Made by a program: the position numbers and the translations under genes
The notes under the pieces: generated by a model
The model's database searches: none
Seen by the model: only the letters and a program-made list of their open reading frames with translations
What the model was told of the DNA's origin: nothing
Assembly: GCA_964035545.1 (NCBI GenBank)
Contig: OZ037767.1
Span: 16,151,292 to 16,215,291 of the forward strand
Source of the DNA: Bugula neritina
Taxonomy: Eukaryota > Animalia > Bryozoa
Direction: 5' to 3'
Length of the DNA: 64,000 nt
In this document: positions 13,099 through 26,829 of the stretch, piece after piece
Layout: every line of letters starts with the position of its first letter
Position numbering within the stretch: the first letter of the stretch is position 1

Positions 13099-16000
13099 GT
13101 TCAAATCCTAGTGGGGGCAAAAAGGTTAATAGGTAAAAGTCTGATTAAACTAAAATGAACAAATTTTCCCATGTAACAAATAAACTTTTATACTTTTTGT
13201 TCAATATTCAACTGAATTAAATAACGTAACACAGCTATAGACCTGGGTAAATGACATGTAAAATGCAGTAAATAACAATAATTGGTAACAGGCAGCAAAA
13301 ATTCTTATGCTGCTGCCAATGTTTAAGAACTGTTTAACTTTTAGAAGTATAACTATAGTTAGTCATACCAGGTTATGACATATTAATTGAATAAATATTT
13401 TTTTCTCCTAAATTACCAGTAAACTATAAAAATAAGAATAGATAAATTTATAAAATACAAAGTATTGAAAAAGCATATTAAAAACTTATTTACTAAAACT
13501 TTTGGCGACCAAAATTTTAATAAGCTAATACATATAACTATAGGTTTACTTTTTAGTAAATAGAAAAATTTAAATTATGTCTTTTATATTTTAATACATT
13601 TATATTATTTATATTATATTACAAATTATTATATAATCAATATCTTTGTATCATGTTATTTAAATATTTTATCTGTTGACTTTAATCTTTCAGTGTTCAA
13701 CTGCCCAGCCAACTTGGCATCCCACAGACGTTGGCACAAACCTAAACCTGCAGCAGACTCTCAACCAAACACTTCAAAACACAGAGAGAAGACAACTACT
13801 AAACAAATAGTTATTGCAGCTCCGAAGCGAATACCAAACTCTGGAAGGATAACTTCTCATAATGACTAAGTTAAAACAGTGTGAACAGCTTGTGAGGCTT
13901 CCTTTGCTGAATTCTTTCATTCATAGTAAAATATTTTGAAGAACAAACCCCCCCATCTACTTTCTTACTTTGTGGTTACTTATTTATAGTATTTATTAGA
14001 GAACTTTACAGCCAAAGGCTTTGTGCAATCCTATGAGTATAAATATTGTTTTAGATTTTAGTGTTTTTATAGTATAATTATATTATATATTGTTTCCTAT
14101 TCATGATTTAATCTAAGTTATTTATGATGTTGTCCACCATTTGAATTCCGTCCAATAAAGCTCTAATTGTCAAGTACATGTGTATACACAACTTGCTTCA
14201 AATGGAGTGGAATAAAAGTGAAAGATGAAAGTCTCTACAGTATATATAAGTTACATAATTCTAAATTTCCAGTACTAAAGCATTTAGACTAGGATGCAGC
14301 TAACTCGAACAAAAAATAGCTATTTCTGTAAGTTTCAAGGACTAAAGTATTAGAGTTATCTTCCCAGAAAACTATAAGCCTAAAGTTTTTACTTTATAAA
14401 TAAGAATTTTTGGAAATTGAAAGATTATTTTTACTATAAACTTTGTTTATCGTAAGCTTCTGCCTTTACATATTTAAAAGTATTTGGAATCACTTTCGAA
14501 TTTTAAAATTCTGACAATATTAAAAAAATAAAAGATTTTAATCTTTACGGTATATATGAGTATAGAGGCAGTTTGCTTATTAATGTTTTAAACACTGTCA
14601 TAGTATTTCTTCCTTGTAATTTTGAAATTTTCTACAGTTGCATTAAAAGTTACAAATTTTAGTTATAAGGATAATATAAAAGCAGCATTTCCCTTTGCTT
14701 ACAAAGCTTTACAACTAAACTGTAGCTAACACTTGCAGTGGAATTATTTCCCAGTTAGATCAAACGCCTGAAATAGAATTTGTTGTTTGTTTGCAGAAAC
14801 CGAGAAATTAAATTCATTTTTCTGTTGAATTTACCATCTGAACATATTTGCTAAAAAAAACTCCGAGTTGGAAGAAAAATAGAACCATTTGCTTACTTGA
14901 AATTTTGAAAACTACATAATATAATATAATATAAATTATATAATATATAAAATATAGTACGATATAAATATAGTCAACTTGAGAAAATAGTTTATAGATA
15001 TTTAGGCTATATAACAAGCTTTGTACTCTCCATCAAGCTTTTCTTATAAAGCTCATATATATAGGTACTGCTTCAAGCTATGGAAACAGCCATGACTAGC
15101 TAAAAACTATAATATTCTGATTATAATTTCTATAAATAGAAAGATTAGATGTCCAGTTATTAGTAAGATTTGACTGGGGTATGGCTAGTCATTGCAGTGA
15201 AGCTAGCTATAGGGATAATTATATTAATATTCTGCATGATACTTTATATACTGCATGAAAATACTAATATGTTATAATGACAGTTATAATCTTTCTGTTT
15301 ATCATTTCTATTATTTTGCTGATAAACCTAAATTTTTATGAGAATTCTTTTCAAAATGATTATTTTTATTACCTTAATTTTTAAGTTAAAGTTTTTTCAA
15401 AGTGAAAATGCAAGTTTAAGATTATTTAATTAATGCAGTTCATTATTTTACTGATAATTCAAAGCTTCTATAATAGAATATAATTCGAACAGTTTACTTA
15501 CCCTATTGCATTACAGTAGATTATAGCATAAGTTTTTAAAAATTTGCAATTTATGATATTTTTAATGATTTCTATTTTATTGAAATTATTCCAATATGGT
15601 GTATTATAAGAAAATTATTTCGATTAAACCAACACAAAAAATCTATAAAAATTACATTTACCTTCTTTGTTGTAGAACTACGGTAAAAATCTATTATCCC
15701 AAGGTGTGGTGATTCATCACAATACTATGCATTAATTATACCAATTGCAGCCCTCTCACAAATATATTATTTTCTTCTTGTTTCTTTTCTGGAATGTTGT
15801 AGAAGTTATCTTTTCTCGAGGAATTGTCTTCACCTGGTAAGCATAGTTGCTAGCAAGGAATAATTTTATCATTCTACAAGATCTTTTAATTTGAAATTGC
15901 AACTGATTAACAGTTTGGTTTACTGTTGATTATAAGATTTTATGGCAGCTCAAATTCAAACAGCTTACGTGCACTATTTTATTACCTTTTTTTTCTAAAG

Positions 16001-16455
16001 AAAACTCTGTTTATAAAAAAATATAACTTATAAAAATTTTAAAAAATTATTTTTTAATGGCTTTTACTAAAATTAAAATTAAAACAATATTTTTTTGGAT
16101 TAAGGTATTAAAATTTGTTCAACTAAAACAAAAGTAAAATTTATGAACTGTATTAAACATTTGACTGGTTTTGTTGTAGAGTTACAGTATAACTCTGGAG
16201 AGAATTTAAAAAAGCTACAGAAATTAAAATTCTAGTACATCTGTGACAAGAAAGTGGGTTTGGTCTTCCTCCACAACAAAGTGTATTAGCTACAGGCAAA
16301 GTGATGTTTATAACAATATAAGTGTTTTACAAAAAGCATTACTGCAACTGGATGTGTTCCTCTCAACTAATACTATGATTGAACAGCCCAGGTCATCTAG
16401 AGGTCAAAGAGTAGCCTCAGCTCATAGTGTTCAGACTGCAAGCAGCACAACTCAC

Positions 16456-19370
16456 TAAGTGTCCATCTCTGCACTGAGCTGTGAGCTGAGTTTCTCCTGC
16501 ACCGAGGTCAGGTGCTGAACAGCCTCAAGTGTTGCTATATTATGTTAACAAAATTCAATTCATATTTCTGTATTTTTATGTGTGAAATTATCATATGAAT
16601 GGTGTAAATGTGTAATAGTTGAATTATATACAGAAGTTCAAAGTGTGCATTTTTTCTAACCATCAAACTGCCAAGTTTTATATGCTTTCAAGTTGAAATG
16701 TTTAGGTTTGCAAGTTGTTTTTGGTACCTATTTTGATACCTGAGCTATTTTCTCTACATTGAAATTTGAAATTCTAACACATGCCAATATAAAAACAGCT
16801 CGCAACATTTAGTGCCGAGTGACTTCAATTACAAATTGTTAAAAGCATATATATATTCTTTTGCTTAAATAGTTAGAATTCTTCTACTCTAGCCGCAGTT
16901 TAAGTAGTTCAAACACTTTCACCGCCTACTTTCTTTCAGGCAAAAAATTTCCATTATTTCAGCCTCAGCTTTCAATAATATATAATCAGTGAAATTTTTA
17001 GCTAAACAAATTAGTCTAGTTAATCTTGCAAGTCAAAAAAAGAAGGTTTAGCATTTATTCTGTACCATAATAATTACGTAACAAGATCCACTTTTAAAAG
17101 ACTCACACCTTTGAAAAGCTGTATATAATTACTGACCAATCAGAGAGGATTAAAATTTGAGAAACTCAGAAAGCCAAAAATCAAAGGCTGTAGTTAAAGA
17201 ATTACATAATAGAGTAGCTGTCATCAGCTGGTAATACAGTCAGTTTTGGGAAATTATTGTATTTGCATGTGAGCTGTATATCCAATGAAATCAGTCTAAC
17301 TTATACTAAATTTGATCCAGTAAATTTATTTTTAAAGTTTAGGTCACTTTTACCATCAAAGAATAATGAACCAACCATTCTTAATTATAGCAAATGAATT
17401 CCTGCAAGACTTTATTCTTTCAACCATCATTTTTAGCTCTGATTTGTCAGTTTTAATTTTTGGAATTGTAATTGTACAAGTTTTACATCTATTTTCAAAC
17501 TTCCAAGTTTTATTTGAGAGAAAATATGGTTATAGAATACTATTAATAAAAATATGTTATACACACCATAAAACATACATTATACATAGTTGAACTGCTC
17601 AAAGCATACTTCAATTGAAAAACAATTTGTTTTTTAATAATATAACATATACTATATACATATAAAGCATGGATTTTATGATCATCATTTTAGTCTTCTT
17701 TCATATTGTGGCTTCATATATAACTATAAAACTTGAACTGTTAATGTGTTTGTTTGCTGCAAAAAGCATCAAATAAATCCAGTAATTTCCATGTTAATTA
17801 TTTGCACTGCTTTATTTCCTTTCTGCCTTTCTTTAAATAGAAATGGCAGCACTTTTAATAAATAGGATGTTTTATTTTACTCTAAATAGTTACTTTACTA
17901 ATGGCAGTGGGAGACAAAATTAACCAACCACAGTCATTATATAAATTACTAAAACATAATAGTTCATTATGGTTTCAGCTAAAATCTTGAACTTTTTCTC
18001 TAAAATGCTTGGATAAGACTAATTGCACATTCAAACGTTCTTCATCACCACTTGGAGTTTGGTTTTACATAATATTATAAGTAGTTGGCCTAAGTTTATG
18101 TATTAACCAACCACATGCATTCGTTACTGCATTTGTTCAACCTGGTTACTTCTGAAATAGGGCTCTTCTCAGGAGGTAGGGTTCTTTCAAGAGTAGTTGA
18201 CCTAGTTTTACGTTGACCAATCAAATTCAAACACATTCGATTGTGACTATAAATACAGCAGTGTGCTCTGTTAAGGTTCAGTCTACAACTTATCTGTGTA
18301 ATACATCTGAATCTGAACTTCATTCTACACAATGAGTAGCAACAACACATTTGGTGAGTGACTATGCATACAGTACTTGTATTTTTATAATTTAATAAGC
18401 AACATTAAAGAGAATATTCTATCTTGAAATTTTGGAACTAAATTATGTCTGTGAATAATTAAAAACATTTTCATCATTATAGTTGGAAAATCTTTTTTAA
18501 TGTTTTTCTATTTTTAAAATGTAACTATTAATAAGTTTTACGTAACTTTAGTTTAGCTTGCACAGCCTCTAAAACTTATTCTAATCTGATTCTAATCTAC
18601 AAACTAGTAATACTGCAAATTGATTGTAATATCACAGCTAACTCTTTCGGTACAAATTATTTGTTTAAATTAAAACTACTTGCTTGGTACTAAATTGCAG
18701 TGCAATTCAATAGTATATTACATAGTGGAGTACAAAATAGGATGTATAAAATTGCATAACACTTTACTTTAATTTCAGACATTAAAAAACTCCCTCCAAA
18801 AAAGCGATACACGTTAGTATGGAGGAATTTTAACATTCTTCCACCTGCACACATAGCAAGACAATATGTGGAGATAATCCAACCAGAACCATACTATGAT
18901 TATAATGAGTAAGTACTGCTTTACTGCTCAGTCTTTCTGTTGTAACCAAAATTCTTAGTCGAACTGCTCTCTGATTACCAGGTAAACTTTCTCCATATAA
19001 TTATTTATAGTCTAGATCTGTCAGGTTTGTGTTTGCAAAGTTTAAATTAACAATAAAGGCATATATGTAGATATAGAAATATTCCATGCATTCAGTAGTT
19101 TTGATGATGATGTAATTCTAAACTTTGTTTGACAGAAGAGAAACTGTTATGAGTCTTCATAATAATATCTGAATAACTATTATTTTATTATACTTTTAGA
19201 AAGATGACAAGTTACCTCCAAGATGGTGGACTGCATACATATTTTGTAATAAACTCTGATACTCAGGTGAAAAGAGAGAGCTGAATCTGCCACATGCTGA
19301 GGAATTGAATTACTCAGTTTTCTGTATTTTATTAACTGATCTAAACAAGTTTCCTCACGTGTAAAGTTAC
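16456..19370 (-). pseudogene. BUB1: BUB1 N-terminal-region exon remnants in the middle duplicate unit
   Basis: 16534-16456 duplicates exon 42650-42572 (TLEAVQHL...EMDT). 19370-19314 (NFTREETCLDQLIKYRKL) is phase-compatible upstream and weakly GLEBS-like (inference). Confidence 0.6.
18217..18908 (+). pseudogene. INSM/Nerfin-like copy 2: promoter, exon 1 and exon 2 only
   Basis: CCAAT 18217, TATAAAT 18248, exon 18332-18353, exon 18779-18908 (DIKKLPPKKRYTLVWRNFNILPPAHIARQYVEIIQPEPYYDYN; phase 1 to 2). No zinc-finger exons found downstream. Confidence 0.6.
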
Positions 19371-19769
19371 CTGAAATGTCAAACAAGCATGTCAACATAA
19401 TATTTATATAACTTTGTAACTATATATAATAATGTATAATAATATATACTATATTCTATTTTATTGTATTATTTGAACTAATAAAGCTATTTTATTATCT
19501 TGTATACCAGGTGTGCTGCAATATAAATATATGACTTAAATAGATGTGCTTACAAATATATTTTATTTCATATAATAATAAATCGCAATCCTTATGTTGC
19601 CTACAAGTCCAAAACACAGAAAATTTGAGTGAAACTATAAAAAAAGAGCTAAAAATCTAATGCTGTAGTAGATTACATGACAGTTGTATGACTGCTGCTT
19701 TAACCATATGTAGTAACTGCTTTGAATTCAGCAGCCATCAGTCTGTATAACTAGTGTTAGTGAAGAATA

Positions 19770-20462
19770 TTTTTAATTTGCATGTATTTTTATTTTAACA
19801 CACCCAGCTAAGACTTTCTCTACATTTAACTGTGAAATTATAATTGCAGAATCAACACATGCCAATAGTAGTTATAACCACTAGTTATATTTAATATTTA
19901 TATTTTGGTTGCTTAAATAATTATAACGCAATTCTCACGCTAGTAAATTTTTACTGGTTTTATTCAGCTTTAACAGTACAAAAACCATATTTTGTCACTT
20001 ATGCTGCCTATTTCTCTCCTAATGAACAAAAGTTATGATTATTTCGCATGGGCATGTTTCTTCAATGTTAAAGGTCTTTCAGGTAAAAGAAATTTAAGAG
20101 TTCAATAGTTTAATTTATTTACAGGCCAATGAATGAAAATTTCGTAATTACGTATCATTATTATTATGTTATAAAATCTACTCTCAAGAGACTCACATCT
20201 TTGAAAAGCTGTATGATTGCTGGCCAATCTGTGAGGATTAAAAATTGAGAAACTCAGAAAGCTAAAAATTAAAGCCTGTAAATATAAAGTTGCATAATAG
20301 AGTAGCTGCCTGGCATTAGCTGGCAATTACAGTCAGTTTTGGCAAATGCTGTGCATGTGAGCTATGAAATCTGCTCTACTTATACTGAACTTGGTTTGGT
20401 AAAATAGTTTTCAGAGTTTAGGTTGTTTTCAACACAAAGAATAATTCACTAACCAATCTTAA
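19770..20462. repeat. Dispersed repeat of about 0.7 kb (more diverged copy of ~16690-17390 and ~42800-43500)
   Basis: Shared blocks such as AAGACTCACA(C/T)CTTTGAAAAGCTGTA and GAGAAACTCAGAAAGC; ends at TTAA. Boundaries approximate. Confidence 0.6.
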
Positions 20463-21589
20463 GCAGTATGATGGCTGCAGCAAAAGTCATCAGCTGAAGC
20501 CATCATATTAATAATTTAATTATTGCTCCTTGCTTTATACATGCATAATATAATTATTATATAATCTTATATTTAATCAAATATAACAAAACAAATATAG
20601 ACTTGTATTGTATATTATGTCTATGATATATATAAATTGCGTTTTTAGAAAGGGGGAATTTAATAGTAAACATCTATGGAAGGGGAGTTGATGGTATGAC
20701 AAAGGTTTGGAATCGTTTAAGTTCTTATGGAATGAGCTGCACTTTAGCGTAGGTAACTTATAACTATTGTTTACATCTCGTAACTAAGTAGCTAGCCGCC
20801 ACAATTAGCGATCCCTGACTCCGGCGCCAAAGGTTTCATTTGATTTAGTCAATGGCCGTTTCCGTAGTTACCAGGTTACCAAGTGGCCGGCCAGTTTACA
20901 GACCGATACTATAATAATAGAAATAAAAATATACTCTCGTGTAGTTTGAGTAATATCATTATTTCTCAAATTAATATGGTACTTTACCCTGTTTACTGTC
21001 TATTTACATTATATTTATACTTACTCTTAGTCTTACTCTAACAATAACAGTAACGACTAACTCTTACTCTTAGTGAATTACTATCACTCTGTAACACACT
21101 AATACTAATAGTATTAGTAATACTAATACAGTAATAGTAATACTAATACTAATACTAATACTAATAGTAATAGTATTTGCTATTTAGTATTTAAGCGTGT
21201 CATTCTTTAAATTAAAATCATTATAATATTATTTAAAATTAAATAGTTGGTAATCTTTAACTTCAAATGTATAACAATAAATTATTGTTATAAACTCAAA
21301 GTTGAAGATTACCATATTAATCAAATGATATAAATTATTGAATATTCTATTATATTTATTATTATATTACTTATTCAAAAAGTTATTGTTATAATAAACT
21401 TAATGATTTTAATTGACTTCAAGTTTAGGGTCAAGTTTTAATAATGGAAAATTGATCTACTACTAGTACTAGTACAAATTTTTAGATTCATGTTACACTT
21501 ACTCAATTTGAATATCAAAATATCTTACCCATGGTACTAGTCAGTTAATAATCACAATGAATAGTAATCACTGCATGCAATCACTATTT

Positions 21590-22330
21590 ACAATCTTTCA
21601 CCTTGCAAAGTCTTCTCACTATATTATCATGATGTATTCAATCGCTGTATGGTTTAATCCGCTTTTGTATGTATATAGATCTTCTCATCAGTTTTGGTAA
21701 GGAAAGTATTACCTAGCGCCAAATCACTGCTTCTTGTATAATCTAGTATTTTCTCTCCATCATCATTCCTGACTTACCTTTATGCCATCTCTCAAAGCCC
21801 TCCAGTCTAACTGTTCAGTCATGTCCATTCCGGTCTCCTGCAAATATCAGTTGTTCTGATGCCGGGGTGCGTGTAATGGTTCCTTACAGTTGGTTCCAGA
21901 ATCGCTGCTCCTCCTGCTCTTTGCAACCCTGTCATGCAGGGCGCATATACGGTCACTATGTTGTATGTCTTCTCAGGTGTTATTAATTTCATTGCCATTA
22001 TTCTTTCAGATGCTCTCTTAGTTGCTATTACTTTGTCTTGCCACTCCTCACTAAGGCATATTGCAACTCCATTTCTCGGTCTTCTACCTCCACTATAGTA
22101 TAGTTTATAAACATCTCCGATGTTTCTTGTTTTTCCTCCCTCTTGTCCTTCCTCCATCACGTTTCCTTTAAGCATACTATGGGTATTTTTCTTTTATTCA
22201 TCTTGTCTGTTACCTCTCTACTTATTTTTTGTTAGGGTGCCTATATTAAGGGATGTCGACCTCAACTTTGTTTGCCTCTCTCGTTTTCTTTTCACAGCGT
22301 CAATGCATAAGTGCCATTGCGCATCGCTTC
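21590..22330 (-). mobile_element. RTE-clade LINE fragment (AP endonuclease domain), degenerate
   Basis: YKLYYSG..RNGVAICL, SERIMAMKL, NIVTVYAP, LIFAGDRNGH motifs with frameshifts and stops. Confidence 0.85.
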
Positions 22331-22711
22331 CGGGATATGCTCTAGTGTTAGCTGTCTATATTCTGATTGCCTCTGGCATAATTGTTTGTGGGGCATGTTT
22401 TATTAAGGACTGGATGCTCTTCCTGATGTCCACCCTCTGTGTTCACCTGAGCTCGTGACCGGCTGTTTGCTCCCCTGGTTTGCTGAGCATTCAGGAAACA
22501 TTCTGACTATCATGTATACCAATGTTATTAACTGCCTTTGTTTAACATTATTCTTCATGTCTTTATATGTATAGTTGGTTGTTGATGGTCTGGTTAAGAC
22601 CTAGAACCTAATAGGTCAGTCTTTGGTTGGGAAAGTGAAGGACAAACCTTCACAGATGTAGGTTAAATATTATGCGTATCTTTTACAGGATTTCCTTATC
22701 ATATAACCAAG

Positions 22712-24709
22712 ATGGCAGAATCCAGAGTTGTGAAAAAAAGACTAAACAACTCGTATCGCTGTGGGTACTGCTCACAGTACTTCAACAAACTTGAAGACCC
22801 CAGAACTCTGCCCTGTCTGCATGTGTACTGCATGCGATGTTTGAAGACTGACATCGGTGGTAGGAAGGATCATATTAGATGTGCCTATTGTAGGTGAGTT
22901 ACAGTACATAACACAATATATCATGTCATAGGCTTGCATATGATTTTCTCACTATCATCTAGGAGTTGTCTGATCTGTGTCTATGGAAAGCTAACAATAC
23001 TGTATATTCTATGTGAACTCTGGTTAAAAACTTGTGGATAATGAATGTATTTTTGCTAATTATTTAAATCCAATTTAAATGCTCTCACTTTTTGTACCTT
23101 CTACCCTCTATAATTTTATATAATAGAGTTTTGTTAATCATTGTAATTGAAGTCAAAGTTTTGGCATCTGAAAAAGTGTCTATTATTAAGTACTTTGCTT
23201 AGTAATTAACAATAAGTTCTCACTTTTATTAGCAGACAAAGTTTTAGCGAACAGTCTTTTTCTACTTCGCAGATATATCTGGTGTCTTTTCATGGATCGA
23301 TCGATCTCAGACAGTGATTGTGTAATAGCCTGTGGTCTATATAATGAATGTGTGTTGATGAGTGATGAGTATCTATTTGAGTATTTGTCAAGGACATAGC
23401 TGTGTGTGTGGATGGAGTATTTCATTACTTGTCACATCATATTATATTAGACTTCCTGGTATAGTAAACAGAGATAACACACTGATTAATATATTGTAGG
23501 AAAGATCACTATGACATAACAGACCCCACTACTCTACCTGTCGCAAAGCATGGAGATCCCTTGGAATATAAATCTCCACCCAAACCTGCACCCATGCCTT
23601 GCGATGTTTGTAAAGATGGAACGGAAGCTGCCACGTTCTGTGTAGAGAGTCAAAAGAAGTTGTGTCAGCAGCATCAACAAGTGAGTCTTTCTTATATCAT
23701 TCCTCAAGATTGGTTACTAAACCAGTTCTGGTTTGTGTGTAGAATATTATTGAAAAGAAATGTTGAGTCTGTGTGACTTTTTATACTAAACACGCAATTT
23801 CACAGTGCAGTGAGTCAACAATGACAGACTTGTTGGTGAAAATACAACCAACTAAACTGTTGACCTTTATTATACAGAATCACAGAGTAAAAGTGTAGAT
23901 TATATTGTATAGGTTTAAGGTGTACTCTGTGTAGTGTGCAGTGAGCTCTTAGTAAACTTTCCATTCAGTCTTCTATTTCAAGGGTTCACGTGGTAGTGTA
24001 GAGGATAGGGACTCCACACTGCCAAGTGCTGCAAGGGGTTCAAACCCACCCATCAGCATGTATACTTAGTATACTATGGAAGTGTTTTACAGTAATTTTA
24101 GAGGTGCTCAACCTAACAACTGTACAAACTGCCAGCTACACATAAGTTGAGTTGTAGTTTGACTTCAGTCTAGTGCTATATTGTTTGGGTCATCAGATAA
24201 TTTAAAGATAAATAGTTTGAGACTTTTTGTCTACCATTACTGAGACTATTGTAACTTGATGATGGCTGGTAAAGTAGTGTTTGCTGGTGGGACTCATGTG
24301 GCTGTCGTTGGTTCTTGTCAAGTATTTAATATGTGATAATGTTGGAGTAGCTGCACTAGTATTAGAAATAGACATGTGGGTGTGTTCTTGCTAAAAGCCA
24401 CAGGCTAAGTTTGTGGGTCAAGGTCAATACAGTAGTATAATGAGACACTATTTTCTGCTCTGTTTGAATATTTACTTCATGCATATAACCTGCTTAGTTG
24501 CATCTTTACAGGAAGTCTGTCTGTTTCTCTCAATGCACACCAACTGATACAATATGATGTTATTATTTACAGGTAAACTGGTGCTTACAGTTCCCAGTGA
24601 AAGTTTTGGTGTGAGTAGTGACTGGGTGTGGGACATTGCTGTGTATAACAGAGACACAGTGTTTCTAGCATGTGATGGTAGTCTGAGGAGATACACAATA
24701 AAATACTAA
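22712..24709 (+). pseudogene. TRIM-family copy 2 (RING + B-box + last exon; central exons deleted)
   Basis: Exon 22712-22893 C3HC4 RING (CGYC...LPCLHVYCMRC...CAYC); exon 23500-23680 B-box (CDVC...FCVES..LCQQH, one Cys to Ser); then a jump at ~23885 into the last intron and last exon 24573-24709, which is out of phase. Confidence 0.8.
23987..24055 (+). mobile_element. tRNA-derived SINE head
   Basis: TAGTGTAGAGG A-box-like and GGTTCAAACCC B-box, within ~370 bp absent from the paralogous intron. Confidence 0.5.
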
Positions 24710-25828
24710 ACTTATCAGCTACAGTTTACTAATAATCAGCTCAGTGAGGTACTGAGAGATAAAATGGATAATATTTGTCATCAACATAATTATATTCATT
24801 ACAATTCAATACACACACTCATGATAGTGTCAGGTATATTATATTGTGTGTGCCATTTAGGCTGTAATTATACTTCAGTATATTCAACAGAACTTTCACT
24901 GCTTATATGCATTATTATATAGTAATTGTCATGAATTGTAGTTATTTAAGATATTTGACTGTATAAAATATGTGTTGCTATTTTACTATCTAATAAAGTT
25001 TATTTGTTAGTGAGAAGATAATATTCCGTTTTCATGCCTCATTAGCTTTAATTCAAGTTGAGTTTGGTTACTAAAAAATAATCTTCACTGGAGCAGTAAC
25101 TGTAAATGACTCCTCTGTGGGAGAATGCATTCACTGAATTGACATGCAGGTGCAAGTAACTCCAACATGACTGTAGGCAAGTTTTTCCAAACATATATAA
25201 AATACATTCCACTGCTGTGTACACAACAGCATTGAGGAGCCAATCAAATTGTTTCTTGTCATGCATTCAGGAAGCTGATAAATAATATATAAGGCAGTCA
25301 ACTAGATATAAACACTTTGGTACTCTACACATGAGCTGTCTGTAATGCAGTCGCTTTGTAAAATGTGTGTCATTTGAAAAGTTTAGCTAATTGGTTGCAG
25401 TTTAATTATGATGTGTTGCCCCATTCACCTGGTAGAAATACTATGTGTACTGACAGAGGACAACTCCTAAGCATGTATAAAGGCATCCTTTTAGTAAACA
25501 AGATATCGCAATGCTACCGTCTGTCTGGACAGTTGTGTTCTTGTGAAACAGCTTAGAGCTCTTGTGTAAATTTAAACTAGTTCCAAAAAGATGATGGTAA
25601 CATTTACGTGTAAACTCATTTCTTTTAGGTATAGGCATTATATTAGGGAATTTTACTGATGTGTTTGTAATACTTTTACCTGCAGGGCTGATTACATTAT
25701 AAATTGTTTGATCTCATCCTGGAGTTTTGTCCCCAAATAGTTTCAGTAAGCGTACGCTCAAGCTTAAAATTTTTAAAAACCTGTCCCGGGAGCGACATGC
25801 TTACACGTGTGCGGGTGTATGTGTATAA

Positions 25829-26231
25829 CTTATATAGAACTCTACATTTTCAAATGCAAATGCATTATTAGGCCATTAATCAGATACAGGCATCATCTGG
25901 TCATGTAGAGTCCAGCCAATCAGAACTGTGCAAAGTCTGTAGTGCTTTGAAGCTAACCAATTGCCAAAAACAATCAGCTTATTCACCACTATATCAATAA
26001 AAAGCCACTAAGTGTGTTTTGCCAAAACAGATGTCAATTTCCACCAGGGTCCTTTTTTATACTTGCATTTTTGATTTGCGTGTTTTGAGCACTTAATTTA
26101 AACATTTTGAAAAATTAACTGGTGATTCATAAATTTAAGATATGAAATAAAATAATGCATGTAATGAAGTTTGCACAGCTATTTCCTAGAAGCATGCATT
26201 TTGCATTTGAATTTGCAGAAATTTATATAAG
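25829..26231. mobile_element. Degenerate MITE
   Basis: About 40-bp imperfect IR (CTTATATAGAACTCTACATTTTCAAATGCAAATGCAT), flanked by ATAA / TTAA. Confidence 0.5.
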
Positions 26232-26829
26232 TTAATCTAGTGGTGAGAATTTTAGAGTTGGGACAAGGTAGTAAATGTACCAAATTTACATGATCTATTG
26301 TGATATAATTAATAAAATATATAAACGAATCTGAGTTGGAATTAATTTAAAGAGGCCCAGGTTAGTTTTGTTTTTCAGTATTTGTCATAATTTACAGCTT
26401 TCGTTAGGTATGTTTGATCTATTCCAACTATAATAACATGTTTATAGGAGTTTAACATTTTTTGGAATGCTAGTGCGGTCAGCGTGATAAAATCACTTTA
26501 TAATATAGGTTTCTCATGAAATTCTATTCCGACTTGTTTGTTGTAGAGTTACAGTATAACTTTGGGAGCATTCAGAAAAGCTACAGAGATTTTTTTCGCA
26601 ACATCATATATTAAAATTCTAAAAAATAAAGTTGGTGAAGGAGAACCTAAAAAAGTGCCATTTTCTAGTACATGTGGCTGGAAAATAAGTTTGGTCTTCC
26701 TCCACAACAAAGTGTATTAGCTACAGCCATTGATGTTAATAAGTCATATTATAGACACTTTGCAATTTAATTTATTGGCTTTCTATCTTATTGATGGTCG
26801 AATGTTCAAGAAAATGTTATCTGCAGCAC

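Larger units (their letters stand above)
11940..13869 (+). pseudogene. INSM/Nerfin-family C2H2 zinc-finger gene, copy 1 (exons 1, 3, 4; exon 2 apparently missing)
   Basis: Exon 11940-11961 (MSSNNTF); exon 12835-13013 (YNVLDKSEESKRKLTNIKNVIGDYICRLCDTKYACVYDLAEHRCPSIIYIEYKCPECSK); exon 13694-13869 (VFNCPANLASHRRWHKP...stop), the INSM1/Nerfin finger signature. Exon 1 (phase 1) does not join exon 3 (phase 2) without the exon seen at 18779-18908, so functional status is uncertain. Confidence 0.78.

Noticed and set aside
20780-20910. GC-richer patch with an X-box-like GTTTCCGTAGTTAC as TRIM copy 2 promoter
   Set aside because: Plausible position but an imperfect motif and no independent support.
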